DNA of 63,981 nucleotides, filler included, from an uncultured bacterium (lineage in GTDB: Bacteria > Hinthialibacterota > Hinthialibacteria > Hinthialibacterales > Hinthialibacteraceae), in the NCBI GenBank assembly GCA_964449065.1. It is 3 parts of 3 records of this genome, joined end to end, with 100 filler letters (N's around TTAATTAATTAA, not from the genome) between each part and the next. Parts side by side here need not be neighbours in the genome. Positions count along the whole stretch, not along the records: positions 28,071 to 55,421 come from CAYVAZ010000021.1; 2 more parts are not named here. One strand, 5' to 3'. The notes under the pieces were generated by a model. That model was given only the letters and a program-made list of their open reading frames with translations. It ran no database searches and was not told the DNA's origin. Positions 30,890-40,801 of the stretch are shown here, piece after piece. A program made the position numbers and the translations under genes. The first letter of the stretch is position 1. Each line of letters begins with the position of its first letter.

Positions 30890-32935
30890 ATGAATGGAAA
30901 AGGATTTTTCATCGCGTTGTTTGTTATGGGGTTATTGGGTATACCGGTTCCAGGTTACTCCCAGCCGGTTGCTTCATTCGACTTCAATGAGGGCAGTGGT
31001 TCCGCCATCACCTCCGAAGACGGTTTATTAACCGGAATCTTGGATGGTTTTGGCGCCCCCATCGGCGCGCGTGTCAATTCGGATTCTCCGTCCGGTGCTG
31101 ATGGTGACCGTTCCGCGCAATTTAATGGGACAGAAGGCTTAATCGCGGAAGATGTGGACGGTGGCTTGCTGCCGTTACTGGTGGGTCCGGTCACGGTGGA
31201 AGCCTGGGTCAAACCCGATGCCTTTAACGAAACCTGGGTGGATATTTTCCGGTACGGCGACACCCTTAAAATGGGGTGGAACAACGGAAACCTGATCTTC
31301 ACTTTCTTGGGCATTGTCGATATATTTCCAGATGTCGAAATCCCCACACCGGTCGGAGAATGGCACCACGTCGCCGCCACCTGGGAACCCGGATTGGGTG
31401 TGGTCTTTTATTTTGACGGCGAAGAGATCACTATCATCGGTGAAGACCGCAATCCAAGAGATATCGCCGCGCCGGAACTCACCATCGGCTGGTCCGGAAG
31501 TGCCAGCATCTTTGAAGGCTCGATCGACCGGTTCCGTATTCACAACGCCATTGTCCCGGCAGAAGAATTGGACAGCGATCCGGCCAATCCCAAAGCCTCC
31601 TTGGATTCAACCGTGGCTGATTTTCAATTTGATAGCGGTTTTCCGGCAGAAAGCCAAGGTTCTGTAGCCTTAACGGCTGTCCGTCCGTCAGAAGAATTGG
31701 ATGTCTTCGGCGCGGTAGTCAATCAAGAAAGCGCGTCTGGAGTAAGCGGCGATAATTCGGTGAAGTTTAACGGAACCGAAGGCCTCATTGCTGACCCGGG
31801 CGACAATTTCTTTTTGGATGATTTGCTGTTTGATTCGCACACCGCGGAAGCATGGGTAAAGATTGACCAATTCAGCGAAACCTGGGTGGATATCTTCCGC
31901 TATGCCGCTTCGGTTAAAATGGGCTTTAACAACGGCAACCTGATTTATACGTATTTAGGTATCATTGATATTTTCCCAGATATTGAAATTCCTGTCGAGC
32001 CGGGCGAATGGCATCACGTGGCGGTAACGGTTGATTTAGGAATTGAGGTAAACTTTTATTTCGACGGCGAATTGATTACGTCTGTTCCTGTTGAAGGTGC
32101 CCCCCGCGCTCCGGATGAGGCATCGGACCTTACATTGGGATGGTCCGGTTCTGCCAGTATTTTAGAGGGTTCAATTGACCGCTTCCGCCTACACGTCGGC
32201 GCGCTTTCCGCGGACGAATTGGATTCGGATGCCGCCAATCCCAAAGAAGCGTTTGACAACACCTTGGTCTACTACGAAATGGATACCATTCCAGTATCCA
32301 ACCTGGGCACCGACCCGCTTGACGCGGTCAGCCCCTCACAAAGTTCTGGTCCCATCTCGCAGTTTGTGTTGGATTCACCCACCGGCGCGCAGGATGACTT
32401 TTCGCTTTTCTTCAACGGCAGCGGTTCCAACGTGATGATTGAGGACCCGGATGGGCTATTGCAAATGGACAGCACACCGTTGACTATCGAAGCCTACTTG
32501 AAGTTTGATGAACTGCCGCAAGAGCGTTCCATAATCGTCTCGTATGGGTTGCCGGGCGGGTATTCCTTCTCGGTGACCGGGCGCAATTTGTTCGCGACAA
32601 CCTATGGCATCAAAGACTTTACCGAGGCGGTCAATTCCATCGTTCCGGCGGATAACGATTGGCACCACACCGCGGTTGTCTTTGATACGGACGCGGGAGA
32701 AACCCGCTTTCATGTTGACGGCGCGTTGACCGACACGGTTGCGTATACCGGAGGCATCAACCCAACCGATTTTCAACGCCTGTTTTTGGGTGTGGAAAAA
32801 GTCAGCGACGATCCCGAAGCCATCAATCCCTATGAAGGCTTTATGGACCGGGTCCGCATCCACAACTCCGTTGTCGCTCCGGAAGACTTTGACATCGTTA
32901 CCGAAACCCCGGTACAAGAGTGGATGGTGCATTAG
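30890..32935 (+). CDS. exported triple LamG/concanavalin-like domain protein with C-terminal VxEW motif
   Basis: Three repeats of T.EAWVK..GEWHHVA..FYFDG..GSIDRFR; ends TPVQEWMVH. Confidence 0.85.
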   Translation: MNGKGFFIALFVMGLLGIPVPGYSQPVASFDFNEGSGSAITSEDGLLTGILDGFGAPIGARVNSDSPSGADGDRSAQFNGTEGLIAEDVDGGLLPLLVGPVTVEAWVKPDAFNETWVDIFRYGDTLKMGWNNGNLIFTFLGIVDIFPDVEIPTPVGEWHHVAATWEPGLGVVFYFDGEEITIIGEDRNPRDIAAPELTIGWSGSASIFEGSIDRFRIHNAIVPAEELDSDPANPKASLDSTVADFQFDSGFPAESQGSVALTAVRPSEELDVFGAVVNQESASGVSGDNSVKFNGTEGLIADPGDNFFLDDLLFDSHTAEAWVKIDQFSETWVDIFRYAASVKMGFNNGNLIYTYLGIIDIFPDIEIPVEPGEWHHVAVTVDLGIEVNFYFDGELITSVPVEGAPRAPDEASDLTLGWSGSASILEGSIDRFRLHVGALSADELDSDAANPKEAFDNTLVYYEMDTIPVSNLGTDPLDAVSPSQSSGPISQFVLDSPTGAQDDFSLFFNGSGSNVMIEDPDGLLQMDSTPLTIEAYLKFDELPQERSIIVSYGLPGGYSFSVTGRNLFATTYGIKDFTEAVNSIVPADNDWHHTAVVFDTDAGETRFHVDGALTDTVAYTGGINPTDFQRLFLGVEKVSDDPEAINPYEGFMDRVRIHNSVVAPEDFDIVTETPVQEWMVH

Positions 32936-32972
32936 ATCATAACTGTTGCCGTATAACTTTATGCCGTAAAAG

Positions 32973-33010
32973 AAAAAGGGCGTATGATCATAAGGTCATA
33001 CGCCCTTTTT
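32973..33010 (+). terminator. intrinsic terminator
   Basis: AAAAAGGGCGTATGA-tcataagg-TCATACGCCCTTTTT. Confidence 0.85.
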
Positions 33011-33085
33011 ATGCAGCGCCAATATTTCTAACAGCAAGCATATCGATGGGCCGACTAACCGAACATCTTTGGTTGTGATGGATTC

Positions 33086-33199
33086 TAGCGCATTTCAGAG
33101 TTGGATAGACAGAATCTATCGTTGTTTCCCCACTTAATAAGGGGGGTAGGGGGGATCAAAGATGATCTCTTTCTATCTACGCAAACCTGAATTGCTCTA
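33086..33199. mobile_element. mini-element with TAGAGC-type inverted ends and CCCC/GGGGGG core
   Basis: TAGCGCATTTCAG...CTGAATTGCTCTA (11/13 IR); core resembles 23322-23354. Confidence 0.65.
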
Positions 33200-33424
33200 T
33201 TGCTTTATTTTCTATGAGACTGCGTGTATCTCTTTCAAAAATATTTTACTCATTTTGTGTGTAACCAAGAGAATGGAAATATTCGCTTTATACCGTCCTA
33301 CTGGATGAATCTCCGGCAATAGATAGTCATGCAGTTTCTCTTTTGGAATAACTGCATGCTCAGGGTTTGGAAATTTCACTTTGGATTTACCTACTGACCA
33401 ATTACTTTTCTAAAATATAAAATA

Positions 33425-33526
33425 ATACCACTTCAAATAAATAATGACTGATAAGCGCGGCGTAAGCCCAGCGAAAGGAAGGTATTAAGTATTCAATATG
33501 CAGCCAATATCAAATTGCATCGGTAT
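33425..33526 (+). mobile_element. mini-element family A, diverged copy
   Basis: ATACCAC...AAGCGCGGCGTAAGCCCAGCGAAAG...ATCGGTAT. Confidence 0.65.
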
Positions 33527-33546
33527 AAATACTCACAGGAAACAAA

Positions 33547-33573
33547 TCAATTTCCATATTTTCTTGCCGATAC
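33547..33573 (+). promoter_or_regulatory. sigma28 (FliA) promoter
   Basis: TCAA-N15-GCCGATAC. Confidence 0.75.
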
Positions 33574-33682
33574 TGATAGAGGTATACGTGCAGGCAATGC
33601 CAGATTATTTATTTCAATAGTGTGTTTGTTATCATTGGGTCTGCCAATCCAGTATCATTATATTTCCTTGATAGATTGAGGG

Positions 33683-34147
33683 GTGTCGATGTATCAGAAC
33701 TGTATTCATTGCAAAAAATTTAAGCGGGTAAACCGGTTGGAAGCGTGTGTGGAATGCCACCGCGAAGATGAGAACGTTCTTGCCAAAGCCAAAATGGCGA
33801 TGAAGCGCTTGGGACGGCTGTCTCCCTTCGAGATTGCCGATGAAATTCAAGTCGACCCCGACCGCATCTTTTTGTGGATTCAGCAGGGGAGGCTCAAGCA
33901 GACCGAGTTCAAATACGCCTGTCCGGTCTGCGGTAAAGATTTGATACGCGCTTTTTGCGATTGCCAAGTCAACACCTATGTTCAAGCCACCATCGCCGAA
34001 GAAAAAGCCGCCGCGGCAGCCGCCAAGCCGAAAGAAGTCTTTCACAGTTCTTCAAGAGCGGAAAAATTACGCCAGCATTATTGGACAGTGGTTTCCAAGA
34101 TCAAGCGCAAGCAAAAGCGGGATATTTGGGTGCCCGAATCGGTGTGA
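33683..34147 (+). CDS. YvyF-like flagellar operon Zn-finger/HTH protein
   Basis: NCIHCKK..CVEC..EIADEIQVDPDRIFLWIQQGRL..YACPVCG matches the YvyF layout. Confidence 0.75.
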   Translation: MSMYQNCIHCKKFKRVNRLEACVECHREDENVLAKAKMAMKRLGRLSPFEIADEIQVDPDRIFLWIQQGRLKQTEFKYACPVCGKDLIRAFCDCQVNTYVQATIAEEKAAAAAAKPKEVFHSSSRAEKLRQHYWTVVSKIKRKQKRDIWVPESV

Positions 34148-34190
34148 GTTCCCTACAGAGGCATGGAGGACACAGAGTTATAATGTCAAT

Positions 34191-34243
34191 CAGCCTGCAC
34201 TACAATACGCTGCCATTTGTTGTAGTGCAGGCATCCCTGCCAG
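34191..34243. repeat. inverted pair of REP-like units (REPIN-like)
   Basis: CCTGCACTACAA...TTGTAGTGCAGG. Confidence 0.65.
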
Positions 34244-34304
34244 TACTTCTCGTTTTATAGGGATTAGGAAATTACAGTCTGATTGAAAGGAACGGGTTTT
34301 TACC

Positions 34305-34328
34305 GGCTCGGCGGGAGCCTCGCCCTCC
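34305..34328 (-). repeat. REP-like hairpin GGCTCGGCGGGAGCCTCGCCCTCC
   Basis: Exact reverse complement of 23211-23234. Confidence 0.8.
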
Positions 34329-34357
34329 AAAAAATAACCTGATTTATTACTACGGCT

Positions 34358-35095
34358 TTACTTCCTTATCCACTTTCGGTAGAGTGTATACAACAGAAAA
34401 GACACATTGCCGATGAGATAGCGCCGCCACAAGCGCAAAGGTTCTTGCACGAGGCGGTGCAGCCATTCCAACCCCATCCGGCGCATCCACAATGGCGCGC
34501 GCGGGATAACCCCTGAATAAAAATTGAACAAGCCGCCAACTCCCATCATGACCGGAACCTGCAACTCGTTGCGGTGCTTGTGAATCCACTTTTCCTGTAA
34601 GGGCACTCCCATCGCCACCAGCAATACATCCGGATGGGCTTGGTTGATTTGATCCAGCACACGTTGTGTTTCTTCCAGGGGGAAGTAACCGGTGTGGTAT
34701 CCGGCAATGGTCAGCTTTGGGTAATTGGTTTCGGTGTTTCGTACCACGCGTTCCACCACGTGCGGATGCGCCCCTAAAAAAAAGATGGCTTTGTCCGCCG
34801 CCTCCAGAACCCCGCATAAAGGGGGAAAGAGATCCGTCCCGTTGACATTATCCACTAATGGGTTTCCGAATATTCTGGAGGCAATTTTCATCCCGATGCC
34901 GTCGGCGTAGTTGATCCGGTTTTGCTGTAAGAGATGTTTGTAATCCAGGTCCTTGCGGGATATGTTTACACAGTGCGCGTTGACGAACTGGATGATGGTG
35001 GTCTCCGGCTGATCGGTTGAAGCGATGATTTGCTCTACCGCGTCCTGCAAGGTGACGTTTTGGATGGGGATATCGAAAAGGTTGATTTCACACAT
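34358..35095 (-). CDS. WecB/TagA/CpsF glycosyltransferase
   Basis: ADGIG, VNGTDL, AMGVPLQEKW, GVGGLF, RAPLW..GLEWLHRL..EP.RLWRRY. Confidence 0.93.
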   Translation of the reverse strand: MCEINLFDIPIQNVTLQDAVEQIIASTDQPETTIIQFVNAHCVNISRKDLDYKHLLQQNRINYADGIGMKIASRIFGNPLVDNVNGTDLFPPLCGVLEAADKAIFFLGAHPHVVERVVRNTETNYPKLTIAGYHTGYFPLEETQRVLDQINQAHPDVLLVAMGVPLQEKWIHKHRNELQVPVMMGVGGLFNFYSGVIPRAPLWMRRMGLEWLHRLVQEPLRLWRRYLIGNVSFLLYTLYRKWIRK

Positions 35096-36275
35096 GAGTA
35101 TTGGTTTGAATTTGTCGATAGAGTTGCTTCATTATGGCAGAGTAATTGTATTGCTGAACGCTTTCCGAAACCGGTATCTTATCGTTGCCGTATTGTGAAA
35201 CAGATGCCAAAACAGATGCCAAAGCCTCTGCGATTGTACCTGGATGACCGGTTGGAACGATGTGCCCGTTGATGCCATTCTTCACCAACAATCCGGCTTC
35301 TCCCACATCCGTGGTAACCACGGGAAGACCGCAGGCGAGGGCTTCTAAAGCGGCAATGGGCATGCCTTCAAAATGGGATGTCATCAAGAACGCATCACAG
35401 CACTGCATGAGTTGCGCGAGCGTGGCACTGTCCAGCCGCCCCAAAAATATCACATCCTCACCGAATTGAGATTCCATACAGATCGCTTTCATGTTTTCCA
35501 GCAAATTGCCGGTGCCCGCGATGAGGAGTTTTACATTCTCAACCAATAGGCGCAGATGAAAAAACGATTCCAACGCCAAAACGGGATTCTTCTGCTGCTC
35601 CAACCGTCCGGCAAAGAGGATATATTTAAAAGAGGGATCCAAGTTGAACGTTCGACAGTCTTTCCCGCTTTTGGGTTTTTGATGAAAGACGCTTTCATCA
35701 AATCCGGTGGGTTGGAATTGAAATTTGTTCCAATGATGCGGATAGGTATTTTGCAGATGGTTGACACCCGAGCGGCTGACAACATGAATGGAATCCACTT
35801 TGGAAACCGCTTTGGCTTCAACTATTCCATACAGCCATGGAACATACTTCCATTTCACTTCGGAATCCGGCCCGGTGATTTCCCGCGGATTGCCGTGAAT
35901 GAAGAGGATGGATTTTTTCTTGTGCCCTTTGGTCATCACGCATGGCTCAACGCGGTGGAAGATGATGATATCCGTTTTATCCGGAAGATGCAGGTTTCGA
36001 AGTTTTAACGGAAAGCGAAAGAATAACGGGATCAGCGCGCGCTTGTTGGGGTTGCTGTCTTGCAGGATGGGAAGGAAGTTGATGGGTATGTTATGAAATG
36101 GAATCGTTTGCCATTGATGCAGCGGTCTAGTCTCAATATCTTCGCTGACACCGATGAGGCTGTGGGTAACACCGCTGGGAGAATAGCGGAACATGGCGCG
36201 GATAAAGTTTTCAATCCCGCCGATTTTGCTGCCCCAGGGATCAAAGGGGTGAATGGTGAGGATGTGAAGGGTCAT
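35088..36275 (-). CDS. GT4 glycosyltransferase
   Basis: FAGRLEQQKN, SHFEGMPIAALEALACGLPVV. Confidence 0.92.
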   Translation of the reverse strand: MTLHILTIHPFDPWGSKIGGIENFIRAMFRYSPSGVTHSLIGVSEDIETRPLHQWQTIPFHNIPINFLPILQDSNPNKRALIPLFFRFPLKLRNLHLPDKTDIIIFHRVEPCVMTKGHKKKSILFIHGNPREITGPDSEVKWKYVPWLYGIVEAKAVSKVDSIHVVSRSGVNHLQNTYPHHWNKFQFQPTGFDESVFHQKPKSGKDCRTFNLDPSFKYILFAGRLEQQKNPVLALESFFHLRLLVENVKLLIAGTGNLLENMKAICMESQFGEDVIFLGRLDSATLAQLMQCCDAFLMTSHFEGMPIAALEALACGLPVVTTDVGEAGLLVKNGINGHIVPTGHPGTIAEALASVLASVSQYGNDKIPVSESVQQYNYSAIMKQLYRQIQTNTHV

Positions 36276-36288
36276 CAGGGAATATCTG

Positions 36289-36642
36289 TTATTCTAATGG
36301 TAAATACGCAACTTGGTTGTCCCACTCATCTATGTCACTGCAGTAGACAAATAAAACAAGGTCATCTACTACTTTTTTTACTGGTGCATGGCATTTTATT
36401 TCTACTACGCCCGGCATGGGTAGTCCTTTTCGAACGCGATCATAGGCATAATGAGTAATGGTAGAAATATCATGAGTCAGTAAAATTCTCTTTTCGTTTG
36501 CCGCCCATTCCAATATTTTTGGATCTTTCAGTCCAGACAATCCAGCGTCTTGAACACGTATCAGATCGAATTCCGGCATTCGATTTCGTAATACACGGAT
36601 AATTAAATTGTTAAAGTTTTCATCAGTAGCCAAACGTATCAT
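36289..36642 (-). CDS. DUF5615 PIN-like toxin
   Basis: LATDENF, DPKILEWA..EKRILLTHD. Confidence 0.88.
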   Translation of the reverse strand: MIRLATDENFNNLIIRVLRNRMPEFDLIRVQDAGLSGLKDPKILEWAANEKRILLTHDISTITHYAYDRVRKGLPMPGVVEIKCHAPVKKVVDDLVLFVYCSDIDEWDNQVAYLPLE

Positions 36643-36998
36643 GATCCGGTCATATTATGTTTCATTCTGGCTAATAGCCGTTCCCGAATCCCTGTTTGAT
36701 CAAAGCGCGCCTCTACTTCTTTTCTTACGGCTTCATGCTGCTTTTCCCGCTTTTGCAAATAGGAATTTACATTCTCTTTGTTATGCAGATAGTATGCTAT
36801 AACTTGATAAATATCAGCAAGATGCAAGACCGGATATTGTATCGCAATTTCTTCCGCCGTTGCACCTTGTTCAAATGTTGCTACCACCGTGTCTAGCGTC
36901 ACACGTGTGCCACCAACGCGGATCACTCCATCTTGGTCATAAGCCAGAGGCAATTTTGTATCGACAAGTTCAGCCGTCATGATCGGTTCTCCTGCCAA
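36639..36998 (-). CDS. DUF433 antitoxin
   Basis: GVIRVGGTRVTLDTVV..FEQGATAEEI..QYP.L.LADIY..IAYYL. Confidence 0.9.
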   Translation of the reverse strand: MAGEPIMTAELVDTKLPLAYDQDGVIRVGGTRVTLDTVVATFEQGATAEEIAIQYPVLHLADIYQVIAYYLHNKENVNSYLQKREKQHEAVRKEVEARFDQTGIRERLLARMKHNMTGS

Positions 36999-37002
36999 TA
37001 TA

Positions 37003-38277
37003 TTACCCTGTCTCTAAACGGCAATCAAATGTTTTGTGCGCATATGTTTTGTGCGCATACGCTGCCGCCAACACCGTCCACAGCGAATATTGATAGGCGG
37101 TTACGGTAATGAGATTATCGGCGGTGCTGGCCACCAGCCATGCGACGAAAAGCGCTATGGATGTGAGAGCGAGGTTCTTGGCTTGAAACGAAACCGCCCG
37201 TCGCCATGCTTGATACAGAGCATAACCGGTGAATCCCAGCATGGTGAGATACAATCCCAAACCCAGCGCGCCGGTTTCGGCAAGATAGCGGATGTAATCG
37301 TTGTGGGCATCCGAGCCGACTTGATCACGGTTGAGCATCGGATTGATCATGGGGGTGCTGTCGAGGCCATATCCCACGACGGGGCTTTTCTTCCATTGGC
37401 GGTAGAGGAAGCGCCAGTTCACCAAGCGCCAGGTCAGCGATGAGGTTTCTTTTCCTGTGCGCTCAATCATATCCAAATTCTCAACGCGGATTTCTTCCTG
37501 CAAGCGTTGGTAGCCGGTTGGCAGCACCGCGAAGGCGATGCAGAAGATTAGCACAGCCACAACCGCTCCGATGCGAAGAAGATTGTTTTCGCAAATTGTT
37601 AAAATAAACGCGGCTACTATAAAGGTGATCGCTCCCGTAAAACTGAAGGTGCTGATTAACAATGCCAGAGACAATACGAATGTGATTCCAGCCGAGAATT
37701 TTCTTCGCGATGTGCGAAACAGCCAAACCGATAGGCAGATGATAATGACCAAATAAAACGCGAATGAGTTGGGATGCGCAAAGGTGGAGGACACGCGCTG
37801 TACGTTTTTAATCAGATCGCCTTGATGAGTCAACCATTGATAGAATCCAACGCATGCCGGTATGACGAATGAGATTAATACCGCATAAATCAAAGAGAGC
37901 CGTTTGGTTTTAGATGTGACATACAAAACCATCATCACCAGCGGGATGAACGAGAACAAGCGCACCCACTCGCGCAGCCCGCTTAGCCGCTCCATGCCGA
38001 TGGTGAAGAGTGGGATGACCGCCCACAGCAAGAGGGGGAGAATCCAAATACATAACCCGATTAGTAGAGGATTGCGGAACATTGCGGCTCGTTCTTCTTT
38101 TGAGCAAGACATGATGCAAACGAAACCGAATGCAATGATGAATAGGCTTAGCAAAGCGGCCGGATTGAAACGTAGAATCGCCTCAGTCCATGTGAGTTGT
38201 GTAAACACATCAAGCGAAGGCCGGATTGCCAGGATGATGAAAAGGATTTTTTCGAAAAGTGTGGGAGAAAGTTTCAT
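37003..38277 (-). CDS. O-antigen ligase/Wzy-like membrane protein
   Basis: RVSSTFAHPN, SSLTWR, PVVGYG, AHNDYIRYLAETG. Confidence 0.88.
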   Translation of the reverse strand: MKLSPTLFEKILFIILAIRPSLDVFTQLTWTEAILRFNPAALLSLFIIAFGFVCIMSCSKEERAAMFRNPLLIGLCIWILPLLLWAVIPLFTIGMERLSGLREWVRLFSFIPLVMMVLYVTSKTKRLSLIYAVLISFVIPACVGFYQWLTHQGDLIKNVQRVSSTFAHPNSFAFYLVIIICLSVWLFRTSRRKFSAGITFVLSLALLISTFSFTGAITFIVAAFILTICENNLLRIGAVVAVLIFCIAFAVLPTGYQRLQEEIRVENLDMIERTGKETSSLTWRLVNWRFLYRQWKKSPVVGYGLDSTPMINPMLNRDQVGSDAHNDYIRYLAETGALGLGLYLTMLGFTGYALYQAWRRAVSFQAKNLALTSIALFVAWLVASTADNLITVTAYQYSLWTVLAAAYAHKTYAHKTFDCRLETG

Positions 38278-39437
38278 TATCGCAATTGCTGCAAGATTTC
38301 GGTTGCCTTATCTTCATCAATGGGCAGGGGATTGCCATTCATGCTGTTGCCCATCGAGCGTTTAACGATGAGGTCTACCTGATCATCCTCAATGTTCAGT
38401 TCTTTCAAGTCCATTGGGATACCCAAGTCCATTGTGAGTTGGGTAATGGAAGCGATGGCGGTTTCGGCTAGGGCTTCCTCGCTGCGTCCTCGGTCACCGG
38501 CGAAGAATTGGCCGATGCGTGCAATCTTGGCTTGCGCGGCCTCGCGGTTGATACGCAGAGCGTGCGGCAGCAGCATTGCGCAGACCTTTCCGTGCGGCAC
38601 ATCGCACACCGCACCCAAACCGGACGCGAACCCGTGCGCCAGACCCAGCCCCGCGTTTGCCAGGCAGATTCCGCTAATGGTGGCGGCTAGCAGCATGTTT
38701 TCGCGTGCGTCGATATTGGTGCCGTTTTGGTACACTTCGCGGATAGCGCTGAGGGCTTGCTCCAAACCGAACAGGGCCAGTGCATCGGTCATGGGGTTGG
38801 CTTTGGCGGAGATATAGGCTTCGATTAATTGCGTAATAGCATCAAGACCGCTGTAAGCAGTTTGCTGTGGAGGAAGCGTTTCGGTTAAAGCGGCGTCCAA
38901 GACCGTTGCGAGCGGGCACAAAAAGGGGCTGCGCATGGATTTTTTGAACTGGCCTTCTTTGGATGAAATTACCGCGTTGCGGGTCACTTCCGCTCCGGTG
39001 CCTGCCGTGGTGGGGATGGCGATATGGGGGAGCGCCGGTTTGGCAACTTGTTTTCCGCTGCCTACGCCTTCCAGATAATCCTGCACTTCGCCGCCGTTGG
39101 TGACCACCCCGGCGGCGGCTTTGGCCGCATCGATTACCGAGCCTCCTCCCAGCGAGACGATGAGGTTGCACTGGGTGCGTTTGGCGGCCAACACAATATC
39201 GTTGACATCATTAATCGTCGGTTCGCCGGTTGGTTTGATGTGGTGGTTGGCGGTGAGGCCATATTGCACCATCGGCTGCAAGACGTTTGCCAGCACGTTG
39301 TTGTTGAGCGAGGTCGATCCGGCGACGACCAGCGCGTTGGTGCCGTAAGACGCGGCCAGTTCGCCGATCAGCGACACGCGGCCGCTGCCGACGATCAGGG
39401 TTGTGGGTGAAAAAAATTGAAAGTTCATAGATGCCAT
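38277..39437 (-). CDS. iron-containing alcohol dehydrogenase
   Basis: GGGSVIDAAKA, PTTAGTGAEVT, GLDAITQLIE, AHG, PHG. Confidence 0.92.
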   Translation of the reverse strand: MASMNFQFFSPTTLIVGSGRVSLIGELAASYGTNALVVAGSTSLNNNVLANVLQPMVQYGLTANHHIKPTGEPTINDVNDIVLAAKRTQCNLIVSLGGGSVIDAAKAAAGVVTNGGEVQDYLEGVGSGKQVAKPALPHIAIPTTAGTGAEVTRNAVISSKEGQFKKSMRSPFLCPLATVLDAALTETLPPQQTAYSGLDAITQLIEAYISAKANPMTDALALFGLEQALSAIREVYQNGTNIDARENMLLAATISGICLANAGLGLAHGFASGLGAVCDVPHGKVCAMLLPHALRINREAAQAKIARIGQFFAGDRGRSEEALAETAIASITQLTMDLGIPMDLKELNIEDDQVDLIVKRSMGNSMNGNPLPIDEDKATEILQQLR

Positions 39438-39701
39438 TAAAGCACTGTATTTCAGGATTCAAACACTTTAATGAGAATGAAGGGATATTGAAAGCCGTCA
39501 GAAAGTAAAAATGTGTTGAGACATGATAGAGATGATCACGGTGGGCCGCTGCGGCGCGACCCACCTTTGATTCAGCCGGTCTCTTTTTGCTTTGAAGAAA
39601 ACGGGGATTTCTGCTTCGTTTGAATCCGCTTTCTCTTCGCCATATCCCCTCGCATCTTTTTTGACGAAGCGGGGATCGTTGCTCACTTAAGCCTTTACCA
39701 C

Positions 39702-40742
39702 TCACTCAACGATCGGGGTCAATACCATATTTTTGTAGGAAACATAATCGTGATCGCCTTGCAGATAGATCGGGCCGGGTTTGGATTCATCGGTGGTCAT
39801 GGCACCGCCGGTAACTCCCAATAGCGGATGATTGTCTATGATTTTCTTCCCGTTTAAAATCACAGTTACGTGGCGTTGGTATAGGGTAATATCCATTGTT
39901 TGCCATTCACCCGCGGGCTTTTCGGCAGCCACTTTTGGAGTGATGCGGCTGTATACGGCTCCCATGTGGTGCGAATCGAGCGGCTTGCCGAAGCTGTCCA
40001 ACACCTGCACTTCATAAATCCCGCGCAGATACACACCGCTGTTGCCGTTTTTCGGAACATTGACATCCAAGCGCAAATTAAAGTCTTCAAATTCCGCTTC
40101 CGTACGCAGGTTGCCGTATGAAATATGCGGCTGGCCTTTGGTTTGTTTGGGGCGGTTGTGCAGGATCCCGTCTTCTACGACCCAGCCGTTGGTTTGGTTT
40201 GGATTGAGCAATTTCCACCCGCTCAAATCTTCACCATTAAACAGAGTTACCGGGTCGCCGTAGGTGATCCCGCCAAGATCGGGTGCTTCCGGCAGCGGGG
40301 GGATTTTTTTTCCGAAAAATTCAATTGCCCGCATATCTTGTTGATTGTTGCGGGGAGGCAAATAAAACAATCCTTCCACATAGTTACCGGAAACATCCAG
40401 CACCAAACTGTCTGTTACATCGTTCCACTTGGTCGGCTGGCCTTGTTCGTTGCGTTCGCGGACAATGCGGCTGACGCGGTTCACCAAATAACCGTTTACA
40501 TCGTCCATTTGAATCTTGCCGGCATACGCCGTCGGCACCACACTGCCGCCAACCCACAAGGCATCGGCGGTGATGTAGTTCTTATGCTCACGAATGCCAA
40601 CCCATACCGGACCAAAATTGGGGATATCCATCGCGTAGCGGGACGCGTAGGTATTGTAACTGGGGTCTTCCGCTAACGAAACAAACGGAATGGCAGCGGT
40701 CATGAGAGTGCATACAATTAATACGGATAAGGTACGTTTCAT
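39702..40742 (-). CDS. DUF1080 family exported protein
   Basis: LFNGEDLSGW, NSGVYLRGIYEVQ, GPIYLQGDH. Confidence 0.9.
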   Translation of the reverse strand: MKRTLSVLIVCTLMTAAIPFVSLAEDPSYNTYASRYAMDIPNFGPVWVGIREHKNYITADALWVGGSVVPTAYAGKIQMDDVNGYLVNRVSRIVRERNEQGQPTKWNDVTDSLVLDVSGNYVEGLFYLPPRNNQQDMRAIEFFGKKIPPLPEAPDLGGITYGDPVTLFNGEDLSGWKLLNPNQTNGWVVEDGILHNRPKQTKGQPHISYGNLRTEAEFEDFNLRLDVNVPKNGNSGVYLRGIYEVQVLDSFGKPLDSHHMGAVYSRITPKVAAEKPAGEWQTMDITLYQRHVTVILNGKKIIDNHPLLGVTGGAMTTDESKPGPIYLQGDHDYVSYKNMVLTPIVE

Positions 40743-40801
40743 TCTGTTCCTCCAAAGGTAGATTCTGTTTATTATAAGTATGCGGCAACCCTCAAGCGCT
40801 A

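Noticed and set aside
39498..39686. 62-aa ORF
   Set aside because: Runs through a REP-like hairpin and has no recognisable motif; at most a gene remnant.
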